Of a stretch of 64,000 nt of DNA, positions 38,026-51,394 are shown one piece after another. Position 1 is the stretch's first letter; the number at the start of each line of letters is the position of its first letter. Source of the DNA: Octopus vulgaris (lineage: Eukaryota). The stretch spans positions 74,276,001 to 74,340,000 of the forward strand of contig OX597817.1 of NCBI GenBank assembly GCA_951406725.2, written 5' to 3'. Under the pieces are notes generated by a model, which saw nothing but the letters and a program-made list of their open reading frames with translations, did no database searches and was not told the DNA's origin. A program made the position numbers and the translations under genes.

Positions 38026-38172
38026 TATTTATTATTCTTATACAAGAATGTTGTTGACAGTGACTTTGAAGTTTCAGCCAGCTAAGCTATCATCAGACTA
38101 TGCGTCAGCTGGCCGAAATTTCAAAGTCACTGTCAACAATATCCATGTATAAGAATATAAGAATAATAAATT
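38026..38172. repeat. ~150-bp fold-back with a hammerhead at the apex
   Basis: attcttataca...gttgacagtgactttgaagtttcagccagct pairs with agctggccgaaatttcaaagtcactgtcaac...tgtataagaat. Confidence 0.9.
38057..38101 (-). ncRNA. Type I hammerhead ribozyme motif with intact core and GUC site, on the FYCO1 sense strand
   Basis: Minus strand: atagt-CTGATGA-t-agct-tagct-ggct-GAAA-ctt-ca-aa-GTC-actgt. Confidence 0.75.
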
Positions 38173-39959
38173 TGTACTCTACAAGAGTATAGAGTAACCC
38201 TTCAGATAAATATAAAATATTTTTTATTATAACTGAACATAAAAACAAACAGTAATACACACACATACATACATACATCTTATACATCTATATAATTTAC
38301 ATCTTAAGAATTTAGAAACCTTAAGAGAACATGAAATAATTCATTTTTAAAGGTTCAACCTGAAGCAGATAAAGTTATAAATAAGAGTATGTGCACACTG
38401 GGTGAGCAGCCTTCAACTTTTTCTGTTCAAAGTGTTTTTTATTTACACACTACTATTTATAGCTTTACCTACTTCAAGTTTAACCATTAAAAAAACAAAT
38501 TGTGTGTGTGTGTATGTGTATGTGTGCACATGTATGCCAGTCTGTTTCAGGGTTACCCATGCACAGCTGAGTGTACTGGAGCAATGTGAAATGTGCTCAA
38601 GGGCACATTAATTCTCTACCTTGGTTTCTGAAACACTTTCCAAGTTCAAGTCCTGACACAGTTAAATTTTGCATTTTATTCAATCAGGTAGAAGCCAATA
38701 CACTATAATACTGGTATTGATGTATTAGCACAATGTAAGGTGGCAAGTAGACAGAACCATTAGTACACCAGGTGAAATGCTTAGCAGCATTTCATCAGGC
38801 TTCATATTCTGCCAAGATTAACTTAAACCTTTCATCCTTTTGAGATTGATAAAATAAGTAACAGCTGAGTACTGGGGTCGTTCCTCCCCCAAAATTTCTG
38901 GCCCTATGCCAAAATTTGAAATCAAAATATTAGCACTATGCTGGTATTAATATACCAGCACTATAATGAAATTAATTGCATTGATTAACTGTCGTATATA
39001 AAATACCTAATGTGCCCATTGTAAATGATATCAATATCCTCTTACAGATGTCAATGAGGTAAGTGATCCCAAAATGAAGTTAGCATGCTTGTTAAAATGA
39101 TCTTTCAATTTACTTCATTTATTAATTGTATTAACCACATCTTTAGAAATGGAATGAAAATTTGTTTACATTTACATTAATATTATGTACAATCATTTTC
39201 ATATGTGAGCAGCTAAATGAATAAGAATTGTTATTATATCAGTCATTTGTGTTAATCAAAGTCCTTTCATTACCATTCTTGACCATTTCAATGATATGCC
39301 CTCTCTTCACCAGATCAGCTTCAAAAGAACTTTGGCAAACACAACTGATTGACTGATTAACCGAATGATCAAGCAAATAGTTGATTAGTTACTTGGTTAA
39401 ATAGCTAACCAATTGATGAATAATAAAGAAGTGAAACTGAACCAGTGTATGTGTTTATTATCGGTGTAATGATCCTCCCAAAATACAACAAAATCTGTCT
39501 TAACACACAAATTCACATCAAGAATCTAACAGATCAAATATAAAAATGTTATAAGTTTAAAAATAAAGATTTCTAACTTGAAATCAGTCTGCAATTATGT
39601 ATGTATTAAGGAATAACACATCTAATTATTATCAGAGATTAAAAAGAATCAAAACACAGAGTAGATGTAAATGTTAAACATTTTCCTTCTTTTTCCAAAG
39701 TTTCTAAAGCTGCTTCACTCACATTGAAGAGGATGGTTAAATTAGCAATCAAAGTAATTTTTAAAAAAACATACAAGACTGTGCTATTAACACTAGAAAG
39801 AAACAAGCAGATTAAATGTTAGTTCAGAAAAATTCTTCTGTAAGAAAGAGTAGTGATGCTCAATAACTAACACTTAGTGGTGCAAGCAAGCAAGGTCACA
39901 AAACACAAAAGAACAGAATGCTAAAAAAAAAGCAAAATGAACACATTGATAAAACTTGC

Positions 39960-39989
39960 CTTGGTTTTTTCTTCATAACATTGGCTTGT
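39960..39989 (-). CDS. FYCO1: FYCO1 candidate 30-nt microexon with a GC donor
   Basis: ttgttttgtttcttttag|ACA AGC CAA TGT TAT GAA GAA AAA ACC AAG|gcaagt encodes TSQCYEEKTK; phase 0/0. Confidence 0.65.
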
Positions 39990-40358
39990 CTAAAAGAAAC
40001 AAAACAATACAAAAACAGAACTAAAAACAAAAAAAGAGGTATCTATACAGTATTTCATTTGAGATATTCCTCATTTTGAATTACTATCCCTTAATATTGT
40101 AGGTTTTTGTTGCTAATTGGTTTACAAAACTGCAATTAATTAAATTTGGGAGTACATATATATATGTACATCCATACATATATACATATATGAATAGATT
40201 TATATATATATATATATATAATTAATCAATATAGGGTGGCAAAAAATTTCGTAGAATTTATTTGCCACCAGCGGCCTAGTGTTATTTTGCGGTTGAAGCT
40301 TTGGCTGTTATTTCTAGTGGGTGAATGGCCTATTATGGCCATTCCTTGATTGTGATGT

Positions 40359-40410
<52 letters not shown>

Positions 40411-41659
40411 TTTCAAGCTTTTCTGTCAAAGACCAAAGGTTCAAAATGTAAAAGACTTTTCCACTCTTCCCAAGCATCAAACTAATACTAATGCTTGTTG
40501 TTCCCTCCCATCTTTGTCTTGTTTTCTATAAATCTGAACTATATAAACACACACACACACACACACAATATAATATCAGTCATTTGATTCAGAAGGGTAT
40601 ATGATACCACTTGCTAAATTCAGAGCCAATGTTCAAAAAACCACCATAAACTCATGATAAAGATACACATGAGCAATGCAATAAACATATGAGAAATAGG
40701 ATTACCTTTGCTTTGAATACAGTAAGTAATGTATATTTCAATATCAATTGATTTCATACTTTGCATGACAAACATACATTGCAATCTTCAGTTGAAAATA
40801 ACATTTTAACATCTATTTCTAAAATATTCATTCCATTAGCTCATGTGCATTCCTTACTTTAAACATCCTGATCCATTTAAAAGAAAACTATCATGAGCAA
40901 GAAAAAATTTTAGCAAGTGGTATTATATCCCCTACTGAATCTAAATTTACTTTATATTGTGCCTGTAATGGTGTGAACTTGCTAGCCACCTTATTATTAC
41001 CTCATTAATACAACTAATAATGGTAATAATACTTCTTTATTTAAATTTATATATATGTACATATATATTCACAAATATCATACACTTATCATGAATAGAG
41101 GTGTGGGTTCAAGTCCCATGCATACAGAAAAACCAGTTTTTCCATCAAGGGCATATATGCCCCAATATTAGACTATTTTCTTTAGTCAATTTATGGGGAT
41201 CACTTATAAGCTTTAAGCTTATAAAATATTATTATTATTTACAGAATATATATAGTTATCTGTAGCTTAATACAATAAAGTGTCCCTGATGATCTATTGC
41301 AGTTGAGCATCTAAATGCACTTGGAACACCTAGTGTAGAACTCAAACAAATATAATGTGAAACACATGTGAGAACTAAAGTATAATGTGAAACACATGTG
41401 AGAACTAAAGTATAAACTTGTGCTTATCCTTATTTCCCATATATATATATATATATACATAATCATATTGAAGGGAAATGGAAATTAATAGAAATTTTCA
41501 CTTCTAGTGGCCTAGCGTGTAAAAATTTAGTCAAAAGACTATATATTACTCAAAAAATACTGTGTGCATTTAAACATATAAGGAATCCACTCGTGGGATT
41601 CACTCGTGGGATTCACCACACGAGAAAGAACAGCTAGGTTCTATAACCACAAAATTAGG

Positions 41660-42240
41660 GATAAAATTCGAGTATATGTGTGGAGACAGCCAAAGGAAGC
41701 ATTTGACCCAGACTGCCTTCTTCCAACTGTTAAACATGGAGGAGGATCTGTGATGATCTGGGGGGCTGTATCCTGGAAATCCGCCAGCCCAATGGTTTCC
41801 TTTCATGGCAGAATTAATAGTCAAGACTATTTAAGTATTTTATCTGATCAAATTCATCCTATGCTTGCAGAATTGTTTCCAGAGGGAAACGCAATCTTTC
41901 AGGATGCTAATGCACCAATTCACACAGCTAAAGTTGTTACTGAATGGCACGAGTAACATTCTAGTGAAGTTGAACATCTTATCTGGCCACCACAGTCCCC
42001 AGAACTCAATATTATTGAACATTTATGGTGCATTTTAGAAAAACAAGTAAGGAGTCGATATCCTGGAGACTGTTTTAGCTGAAGAATCGACAAAAATTCC
42101 TTTGGAAACAATTCAAACTTCGTACAAGTCCAAACCTCATAGAATTCAAGCTGTAATTACTGCCAAAGGTGGTCCTACCTCATATTAAAATAAATTTGCT
42201 TGAAATTTTAAGTTGTTTCCATTATTTTGTCCAACCCCTG
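41660..42240 (+). mobile_element. Tc1-family transposon relic (DDE domain fragment plus right TIR)
   Basis: PTVKHGGGSVMIWGA...FQDANAPIHTA...*...WPPQSPELNIIEHLW; ends ...ttttgtccaacccctg|TA. Confidence 0.92.
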
Positions 42241-43005
42241 TATATATATATATATCATCATCATCATTTTTATTTGTGGAACTCTCAAGTAGGGAAAGCT
42301 ATATAATTAATAGGGTTAAATCTCTTCACAGAGATATACACATCAGTGGGAGACAAGCATATAATCTCTCCAATGGGTCAAGTCATAAAAATGCCAAATA
42401 CTTTTATGCCTTCTTGGGCTTTGTCAATGACATATATATGGCCATCACATTGTGTATATACATAGCCAAACATTTTGATTTAATGTATATACATTCATGT
42501 ACACAATTGAAACAGCATTAAATCCAAGTGGCCATCTGTATATATACACAATGTGATAACTGACTACACATCACTGACAAGGTCGAAGAAAACATAAAAG
42601 TTTCCATGACTCACTGTTGAGATGTTTGCTTTGCTCTGATATATATTATGTTTTAAGCACACCATGTGGTGTATATGTGTATGGTACACAGATGGAGATT
42701 GTGTGTGTGGGGTGTTTTTTGCGGGGGGGGGGGACATTTTGAAGCAATATATTACAGGTTGTGGCATATAACTGGTCAGAATGTGACTGTTGGTTTCATA
42801 CCAAATATTGCCACAAGGCAATTTTGATAACTCCTCAGATATGCTGGTTAGAAGTGTACATCCTCTTTTATGCTGGGTGTATCCCTGCTCTAGTACTTAC
42901 AATGAATGTGTGTGTTTTTCTGACTTATGGAGAACTAACTGATGATACATATATATAGACACACACACACATATAAATAAATAAATATATATATATATAT
43001 ATATA

Positions 43006-43461
43006 CCATGAGATCTCATAATGGCTTTTGGTGCAAAATGCATTCTTGTTTATATCATTAGCAGCAATATAAACAAGAATGCATTTTGTACCAAAAGCCA
43101 GTATGAGAGTTTCTCTCTTGATAACTATCGCAGAATAGTCTGTTCTAACAGTACATTCAATGTTTAAGTGGAGATAAATATTACCTCTCAGTATTTAAAC
43201 TGCTTCTGTCACTAATGAATAAATAAATATATATATATATATATACCATGAGATTCATAATGGCTTTTGGTGCAAAATGCATTCTTGTTTATATCATTAG
43301 CAGCAATATAAACAAGAATGCATTTTGTACCAAAAGCCAGTATGAGAGTTTCTCTCTTGATAACTATCGCAGAATAGTCTGTTCTAACAGTACATTCAAT
43401 GTTTAAGTGGAGATAAATATTACCTCTCAGTATTTAAACTGCTTCTGTCACTAATGAATAA

Positions 43462-43463
<2 letters not shown>
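43006..43463. repeat. Tandem duplication of a 240-bp unit, each copy with a ~90-nt near-perfect hairpin, separated by (TA)n
   Basis: Units start at 43006 and 43246. Hairpin: tggcttttggtgcaaaatgcattcttgtttatat / atataaacaagaatgcattttgtaccaaaagcca. Confidence 0.92.
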
Positions 43464-43499
<36 letters not shown>

Positions 43500-43750
43500 G
43501 TGACCTTTAGAAAAGTATTTAATTTTACTATGTTATGAGTGATATCTCAAATAAAATAAACATGTACAATAGCAAAACATGCATGAAATAAAATTTAAAT
43601 GAAAAACAAAATATCTATGTCAAATTCAACTACTCAAAAAGAAGTAAAGCAATAAACATGAATAATAAACAAATGAAGAATATATTTTGAGAACTTGAAG
43701 TATTTGCAATCATTAAAAGATGTCTAAACCCTATTAATGTAATGTTGGAC

Positions 43751-43802
<52 letters not shown>

Positions 43803-45524
43803 TAGGAAATAAATTACTTTTATTAATCTATTTAAAATATTGAAAGTAGAATTAAAAAATGACACATTAAGGAAGCTCTGTAACTAAGTGTACTGTGTTC
43901 AGAGACTATGATTTTTCTTTATTTCTTTAAATATACTTTGTTGATATGCATCGGGAAGAAATAATCTTAAATATCCCCATATCTAACCATCAGCAATTAT
44001 CTCCTCCTGATCCACTGACTGTATCATCTCTTGTTTCTTTAGGGTTTTTTCTCTGGCAGCTCATTGCTACCATCTTATCTTTTTCTCAGATACTCCTACT
44101 CACCCTTATATAAATGTAGGGTAGCCATCTATCCTCCCTGGCATAAAATCTCCTTTCCACCCTTCCAAACACTCCTTGCATCTTAGTCAATGAGGCTTTC
44201 CCTTTATCTCTCTTTCCTCTTTCGCAAGTTATTTGGCAACCCCACTAGTGACAGCAGCACAAAAAAAGCACCCAGTCACGATGTAAAACGGTTGGCATTA
44301 GAAAGGACGTGCAAATGTAGAAATTATGCCAAAGCTGATATGGAGTATAATGCTGCACTGTGGGTCACCAGATCTAATATCAAAAAACTGTGTTAAATAA
44401 TGAGGATGATGATACATGTTAGTGGCAAACAGAAAGACTGAGTACTCAATATTACATTTATGGATAAATACCTTATTTGTAGATTTTCAACACTACCTTA
44501 GGTTTATCATTTTACAGTTTGCAATTTTCAGCCTAATCCTTACAACTGCATTGTACATCCAACAGATCGTACTAATTTCATTTGTCTATTGTAATTTGAA
44601 ACAATTCTGCTTCCACTAATTATATTTCATTGCTGAGCTGGTGCAATCATTAGCTTGGAATAAATACCTTGAGGTATTTCATCTTTACATTCTGAGTTCA
44701 AATACCAGCAAGGCCAACTTTGTCTTTTGTCCCTTGGTCAATAAAACAAAGTATCAGTCAATTAATGGGATCGACTAACTTCTACCCTCAAACTGCAGCC
44801 TTGTACCTAAATTAGAAATCACTATTATAGAGAAGAAATATTTCTTTTGATTCTTTACTTTTTGAGTTCAAATCCCAACGGAGCCAACTTTATCTTTCAT
44901 TTCTCTGGGGTTGATAAAACAAAGCACCAGTCAAGTACTGTGATTGATGAGTACTGTCTTATATTTAAATTAGAAATCTCTACTATAGAGAAGAAATATT
45001 TCTTCAGGCTGTTATTTTAATCTCACCAGTCAATAAAATAAAATATGACTCAAATATTAGGATTGGTGGTATCAACTAATTCCCTTCCCTTCAAAATAAC
45101 TAGTCTTTGACCATAATTAGAAACAATTATTATAAGGAAGAAAAAATTTATTTTCAAAATATTGAAATCCTTAGCATTTCTTTTATTCCACTGAGTAACA
45201 AGGTATATCTTGAAGGACAATCTCCATGCGATATCATCTAACAATATCTTTTTAATATATTAAATATATTAAATTCTAAGAACTTTTTTTTTTTTACCTT
45301 TTTGCCTTATAAAGACTATTCTAAACATGGATTAATAATTGCATTTCTTTTATATTTGAACTCAACATGAAAGAGATGACACATTGAAAATAAAAATAAA
45401 AGAAAATTTTACAATGTAAAAATAAAATTAGCAAATTAAAACTAAAACTTAATTTTCTATTTTCTTCCTTCACTTTTACTGCAATTTTGAAGTAAAGTTC
45501 AAATTGTTAAGTATCTACACTTAC

Positions 45525-45596
45525 CATTTCATATTTGTCCTGGAGTTTGCCGTATTCTTCTTCTGAAGTTTTCAGTTCAGCTTGTGTTTTCTCCAA
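45525..45596 (-). CDS. FYCO1: FYCO1 exon (coiled coil)
   Basis: ag|LEKTQAELKTSEEEYGKLQDKYEM|gtaagt; 72 nt. Confidence 0.85.
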
Positions 45597-46391
45597 CTAG
45601 ATTTGAAGTTGTAAGTTTGGTTAGTCATTAATGATTAGAACACATTCTCACAAAAGCAATTTTTATTAACATACAATATGTATTTCTTTTCCATCTCTCA
45701 TTCACATATCTTCTTGACCTGAATAACTGTTCTTAATTCAAATCTAAAGGAAATAATTTAACACTGACATTGGCTTAATTCTCTGGACATCTTCATGGAC
45801 AGATCAACCACAAACTGAACAATTTGTGTCAGATGGTGACTGATAAATTATCTAAGTCTCTTTTAAATAAATGATTTTATTTGCAGATTCTTCAACTCAT
45901 AACCTCAGAAGAAAACAACACTGAGTAATTGCAGTGCACAGTTAGACAAATCATAGGTGTCACTCACTCACAGCTATTACACAGACATGCAATACTAGGG
46001 AACAAAGAGTATATTACATCTATTAAAGACTAGGTCAGTCTCACTTTGAGCCCCTAATCTATCCATAACAAACTATAAAAAGCACCTAACACCACACTTA
46101 TCATCACAAACCACAACTCCAGACCATCTACTACAGGGCATCTCAAGCTAATGTGGAAGTGATATCACAATCATTCAACCTGCTTGGAAAAGCTGTCACT
46201 TCACTCTCAAGTCACACCCTAGCATCTTAAAAAAAAGACATATTAGATAATTTAGTTGTAGATACCTCTAAAAAGATAGGATTATCAGAGCTAGAATGTT
46301 TTTGCTCATAAGTTTCCTTAATTAGAACTTGAGATGATCAAGGGCTAAACATCTCCAATAGCCAACTACAATAGGAAACAAGTGTATTTAA

Positions 46392-46612
46392 CCCTTTAGC
46401 ATTCAGATTACTCTGTCAAATGTAATGTTTATTTATTCACATTATTTTGAACTAATCATACATTACTTTGTGGCTTTGATATTTTGATGATGTGACTATT
46501 TATTTTTAAAATGACATTATAGGGTAAGTGTGAGAAGCCTGATCTGGCCTGTTTATACATAAAACAGGTAAAATATTAGGGCCATGATATGGCTGGTTTA
46601 AATACTAAAGGG
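46392..46612. mobile_element. piggyBac-like MITE (opposite orientation)
   Basis: Same family as 23985. Confidence 0.78.
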
Positions 46613-48147
46613 TTAGAATAAACTAATGCTTAGGAGCTCAGTTTGCTACAGCAAACTCTAGCCCACAGAGCTCTTGCCACTAAATACACTATACTTACTT
46701 ACCCTGCCCCCAACAAAAAAAAAACATTCACATCTAAATGTTCTAAAACACTACAACACTATCCTAAAATACTATATATAAACATCCCAGAAAACTACTA
46801 TATAATCTTTTAAAATAAACCATCACTTCAGATAAACATAAAAATCTCATAGATACATTAGTAACTTCATTAGCTACAAATACTGTACTGAGATGTCTAC
46901 TTCCAGTGATAAGTGCTGGAGAACAAGAACTGTTACAGATAACTGAGCTTACTTTACCTTGCTTACTTTAGGTTGTGGATGCCAGAATTTACAGTTACAT
47001 GAGGGAGTCATTATGTGGTAGCTCAACCTCAAATCATAACCTTCCATCTTAAAAATAAATAACACATTGTATACTGTTGTCCTAGATACACTTTGAAATA
47101 AAGCCAGAATGGTCATAGCTAGAATACCTTTAATCATGTGTTTGTTTAATCTAGAGATGTAGTAAGTGAAGGCATAGGAAGCTGATGTTACCCTTGGATG
47201 CAGTTGTGATGGAATACAAAATTTCTACTGACCTATTATGCCTGTTAATTAAGATGAGGGCACCAAAAGTGTCTTTGTTCCAGAACAGAACACTTATTAT
47301 GCCACTGGCTTAATCAAGGTTGATCTGCAGCTAAAAAACAGTTATACCAGACTGATTTAACAGATTGACCAGATGGAAAAAAAATACAAGATGCTTGAAC
47401 TACATGACATTCCATATTATAAACCCTGCACGTGTAGTGCTGTACTCAATTAGGAGATAGTATAGAGTACTTTTAACAATAGAACTCTTAATCAAAACTA
47501 GGACATTTGTCTGACTACATAGGTAGCACAAGCTTACTCAGAATTGACCAGGGCTAGATTACAGCAACAGCAAAAACAACCAACAAACTGTTAAAGGTAA
47601 TTCAACAGGAAGAATGTAAAGGTAAGTAACAGCTGCATGCAGAACATGTACAATGTCATAAAGGGACACAATTTAATCACAGAAAGAACAAAAGAAGCCA
47701 AGATGCAATTTCAAAAATATAGAGCTCTTCCCACTTCAAAAAAGCATGGTATAAAGTGCTGAAAACTTTGTAAAAATAGCACATTAATCATCATAGTACT
47801 CTCTCGCAAAAGATTCCTGGATGAAAAAAAAAATCATTTCACCACTGACAACCTGCAAGCCAGCAGATCCTTTTCTAAATATTTTTGGAGATTGAGCAAT
47901 AAAAGATAAGCCAGTTCAAAGACCAGCAAAGATTTACAGGTACCTGTAAACCATTGGACCTGAATAAGTAATCCAGGTTACTTTATAGATGTTGAGTATA
48001 TAATCAGCTTACACACACACACACACACATACACATATGGCTTAATCAGAAGAAAGGGGCAGTGCTCATGACCTTCATAGCCAAACACCCACCTTACACT
48101 AGACTTATGATTTTGACATGGTTGATGTTCAGTTGGATCAACTTTAA

Positions 48148-48366
48148 CCCTTTAGTATTTAAACCGGCCATATCCAGCCAAAATATTTAATCTGTTTTAT
48201 GTTCAAACTGACCAGATCCAGGCTCTCACAATTACCTTACAATGTCATTCTACATTAAGTAATTACACCATCAAGATCTTGAAGATATGAGAAAATGCAT
48301 GATTAATTCAAATTAATGTGAATCAATAAGAATTATGTTTGATAGAATAATCTGAACACTAAAGGG
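48148..48366. mobile_element. piggyBac-like MITE
   Basis: TTAA-CCCTTTAG...CTAAAGGG-TTAA. Confidence 0.82.
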
Positions 48367-48489
48367 TTAAGTCAACATTTATAAAAACAAAATAGAGGGA
48401 CAGGATGGGGATTCCAGAAGTTTCCAATTCTGTGGAGAAAAGGTGGGTATGTTAGATGGGGTTGAGTGGGGGATGGGATTCTTCTATTC

Positions 48490-48795
48490 CTTTACATGTT
48501 TCGGTCATTTGACTGCGGCCATGCTGGAGTACTGCATTTAAGGGCTTTTTAGTTGAAGAAATCAACCCAGAACTTATTCTTTTTAAACCTAGTATTTATT
48601 CTGTCTCTTTTACTGAACTGCTAGGTTATGGGGACATAAACACACTAACATCAGTTGTTAAGTGATGGTAGGGGGCACAAAGACACACACATAAATATAT
48701 ATAATATCATCATCATCATCATCATCATCGTCGTTTAACGTCCGTTCTCCATGCTAGCATGGGTTGGACATATATATATGTTGGATATATATGTT

Positions 48796-48837
<42 letters not shown>

Positions 48838-49006
48838 CATATATATATATATACGACAGGCTTCTTTCAGTCTCCATCTATGAAATCCACTCATAAGGCT
48901 TTGGTTGGCCTGAGGCTATAGTAGAAGACACTTTCCCAAGGTGCCAAGCTGAGGGACTGAACCTTGAACCATCTGGTTGGGAAGAAAGCATCTTACCACA
49001 CAGCCA
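48490..49006 (-). mobile_element. SINE family B with a family D tail fragment inserted in its TA tract
   Basis: Reverse-complement similarity to family B. Confidence 0.8.
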
Positions 49007-49874
49007 TGTATGTAGTTAAATGGTTAAAAGAAGAAGAGACTGTTTTAATAGTTGGTAGAAGAGGCAAAATATGGTGACAGCACATCTGTGAAATGGAGAT
49101 CGGAATGTATTGTCGAGTAAATGCTTGTCAGTCAACCACATGGCATTCTTTTTAATGTAATCAAAGATGGGTTAGTGTGCAGCCATAAGCCTGTCTAGAT
49201 GTGGGAGCAGTTTTCTATTGTGGTTATTATTTGTGTTTTATCAGACAATTGATCAGAAGTGATTGGTATCAGGAAGGACATCCAGCTGTAGAAACTATGC
49301 CAAAACAGATCTTGTTGAACTGTCCAACCTATGCCACCTCAGCAAGCACACATTTGATGATGATGACAGAGATAGATGCCATAGCTCTAAGTTATCTAAT
49401 AGTTGGCTATTGAGTACTTTAATGGTAGTATGCCTCATGATTAGAAAACTTAATATGTTATATTGGACATGTGCATGCCTAATATCTGTATATACATACA
49501 TATGTACATATATATACAGACATGTTATGTGCATGTATGTAGGTATGTGTCTATCTCTCTGACATGCACACACATAGGTCTCTCTCACCCTCTCTCTCAC
49601 CCTCTTCCCCTCCTTCTCTCTCTCTCAAAACTGATTATATGGCTTGTACTCTGCTCATATCAGTTTTCATAGCTGAAAACAATTTTTTTTACAGTTGAGT
49701 TGAAACTGATACAAAGAAAGAATTCCGTTAAAAAAAACCGTCAACTTCAATAACATGCAAATCTCTGTGTTTGAAAAATGAAATATCATCTTTGAAAAAC
49801 TGAATGTAAAACAGCAAAAAAAAAACAAAAAAAACTGCAAATTTTTTTTTTAATTAAATATAAATATGATTTAC

Positions 49875-50015
49875 CATTTCATGTAAACATGCCACCTGAT
49901 TCTTCATTGTGATTTCCAATTGTTCTTTTTCTTCTTGTAAGTGTCTGAGAATATCTTCTTTCTCTTTCACTGTTTTATTGCTGTCTTGTAGTTCCCGTTC
50001 TTTGTTACTCATAGT
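49875..50015 (-). CDS. FYCO1: FYCO1 exon (coiled coil)
   Basis: cag|TMSNKERELQDSNKTVKEKEDILRHLQEEKEQLEITMKNQVACLHEM|gtaaat. An alternative in-frame donor follows 49896. Confidence 0.85.
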
Positions 50016-50104
50016 CTGTGACATAAAGAGAGATATATTATGTCCATGAAATGTTAATTTTGCTAAATAAGTAACCTTATGTATAGGCTTGAAACATTTT
50101 TGCA

Positions 50105-50446
50105 AATCGACCCCCAGGACTTATTCTTTGTAAGCCTAGTACTTATTCTATCGGTCTCTTTTGCCGAACCGCTAAGTTATGGGGACGTAAACACACCAGC
50201 ATCAGTTGTCAAGTGATGTTGGTGGGGACAAACACAGACACACAAACATATACACACATACATATATATATATACATATATACGACGGGCTTCTTTCAGT
50301 TTCCGTCTTCCAAATCCACTCACAAGGCTTTGGTCAGTCCGAAGCTATAGTAGAAGACACTTGCCCAAGGTGTCACGCAGTGGGACCGAACCTGGAACCA
50401 TGTGGTTGGTAAGCAAGCTACTTACCACACAGCCACTCTTGTGCCT
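50105..50446 (-). mobile_element. SINE family B
   Basis: Reverse-complement similarity to family B. Confidence 0.88.
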
Positions 50447-51394
50447 ATGTTACATATATGTAACATATTTTTTAACATGTTTTGTTCTTAATACAAATAA
50501 ATTAATGCATTAATTTGTGAATATACAATTGTATTGAATAATACAAAACACATATAAATGTAAACAATGTACACATAAGTTCTTGCATACTGAACTTAAT
50601 GCTAAATAAAGAAGGTTGCGGAACGGCTGTAACCCATTGGAAGTCACATGATGAAATAACTATGTATTCATTTCTCATACTTCCTAACTTTATGCAATCA
50701 CTTCACCATCTGACATATGACACACCACACACCTTAACAGGCAATGTAGATTTGATGGAGGTAATGTGTTAATGTACAGCACAAACATTTGATCACTATG
50801 AAAAAAAAAAAAAATGTCTGTGCAGGTTATTCAGAAATTGCAGAGCCCCAATCTGTCATCTACAACAGGATAGTTTACCCCACCCTCACCACCACACATA
50901 CCTATCAACTCACACACACACACACACACACAACATACACACACACATATACAATAGGTAATAGTTGTTTCCATCAACCAAATCCACTAACTAAGTTTTG
51001 GTTGGCTCTGGACTATATAGAAGACACATGCTCAAGGTGCCATGCAGTGGTATTGAACCTTGGACCACATAGTTGGGAAGCAAGCTTCTTAACTATATAA
51101 CCACACCTGCACTTATTATATAAATGGAATAAAAGGCACCCTTTCCAATGATATGTAAAAGACACTCAGCATACTCTATGGAATGGTTGACATTAGGAAG
51201 GGCATCCAGCTGTAGAAACCAAGCCAAAATAGACCAATGGAGTCTGGTGTAGCTCTGCAGCTTACCAGTTCCAGCATGGAAAACAGATGCTAAATGATAA
51301 TGATGATTATGGTGATGATGATGATTATGAACAACTACATACATGCATAACATAAGAAATAAGAAATTGCTTGGAGCCATAAAACTCATAATAC

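Noticed and set aside
41281-41375. Hammerhead-like ctgatga...gaaac-acat-gtg
   Set aside because: Stems I and II pair poorly and GUG is not a cleavable triplet; at best a heavily decayed relic.
42390-42560. Short fold-back and HHR-like spacing on the minus strand
   Set aside because: The core (TTGACAA, AAAA) has too many mismatches to call.
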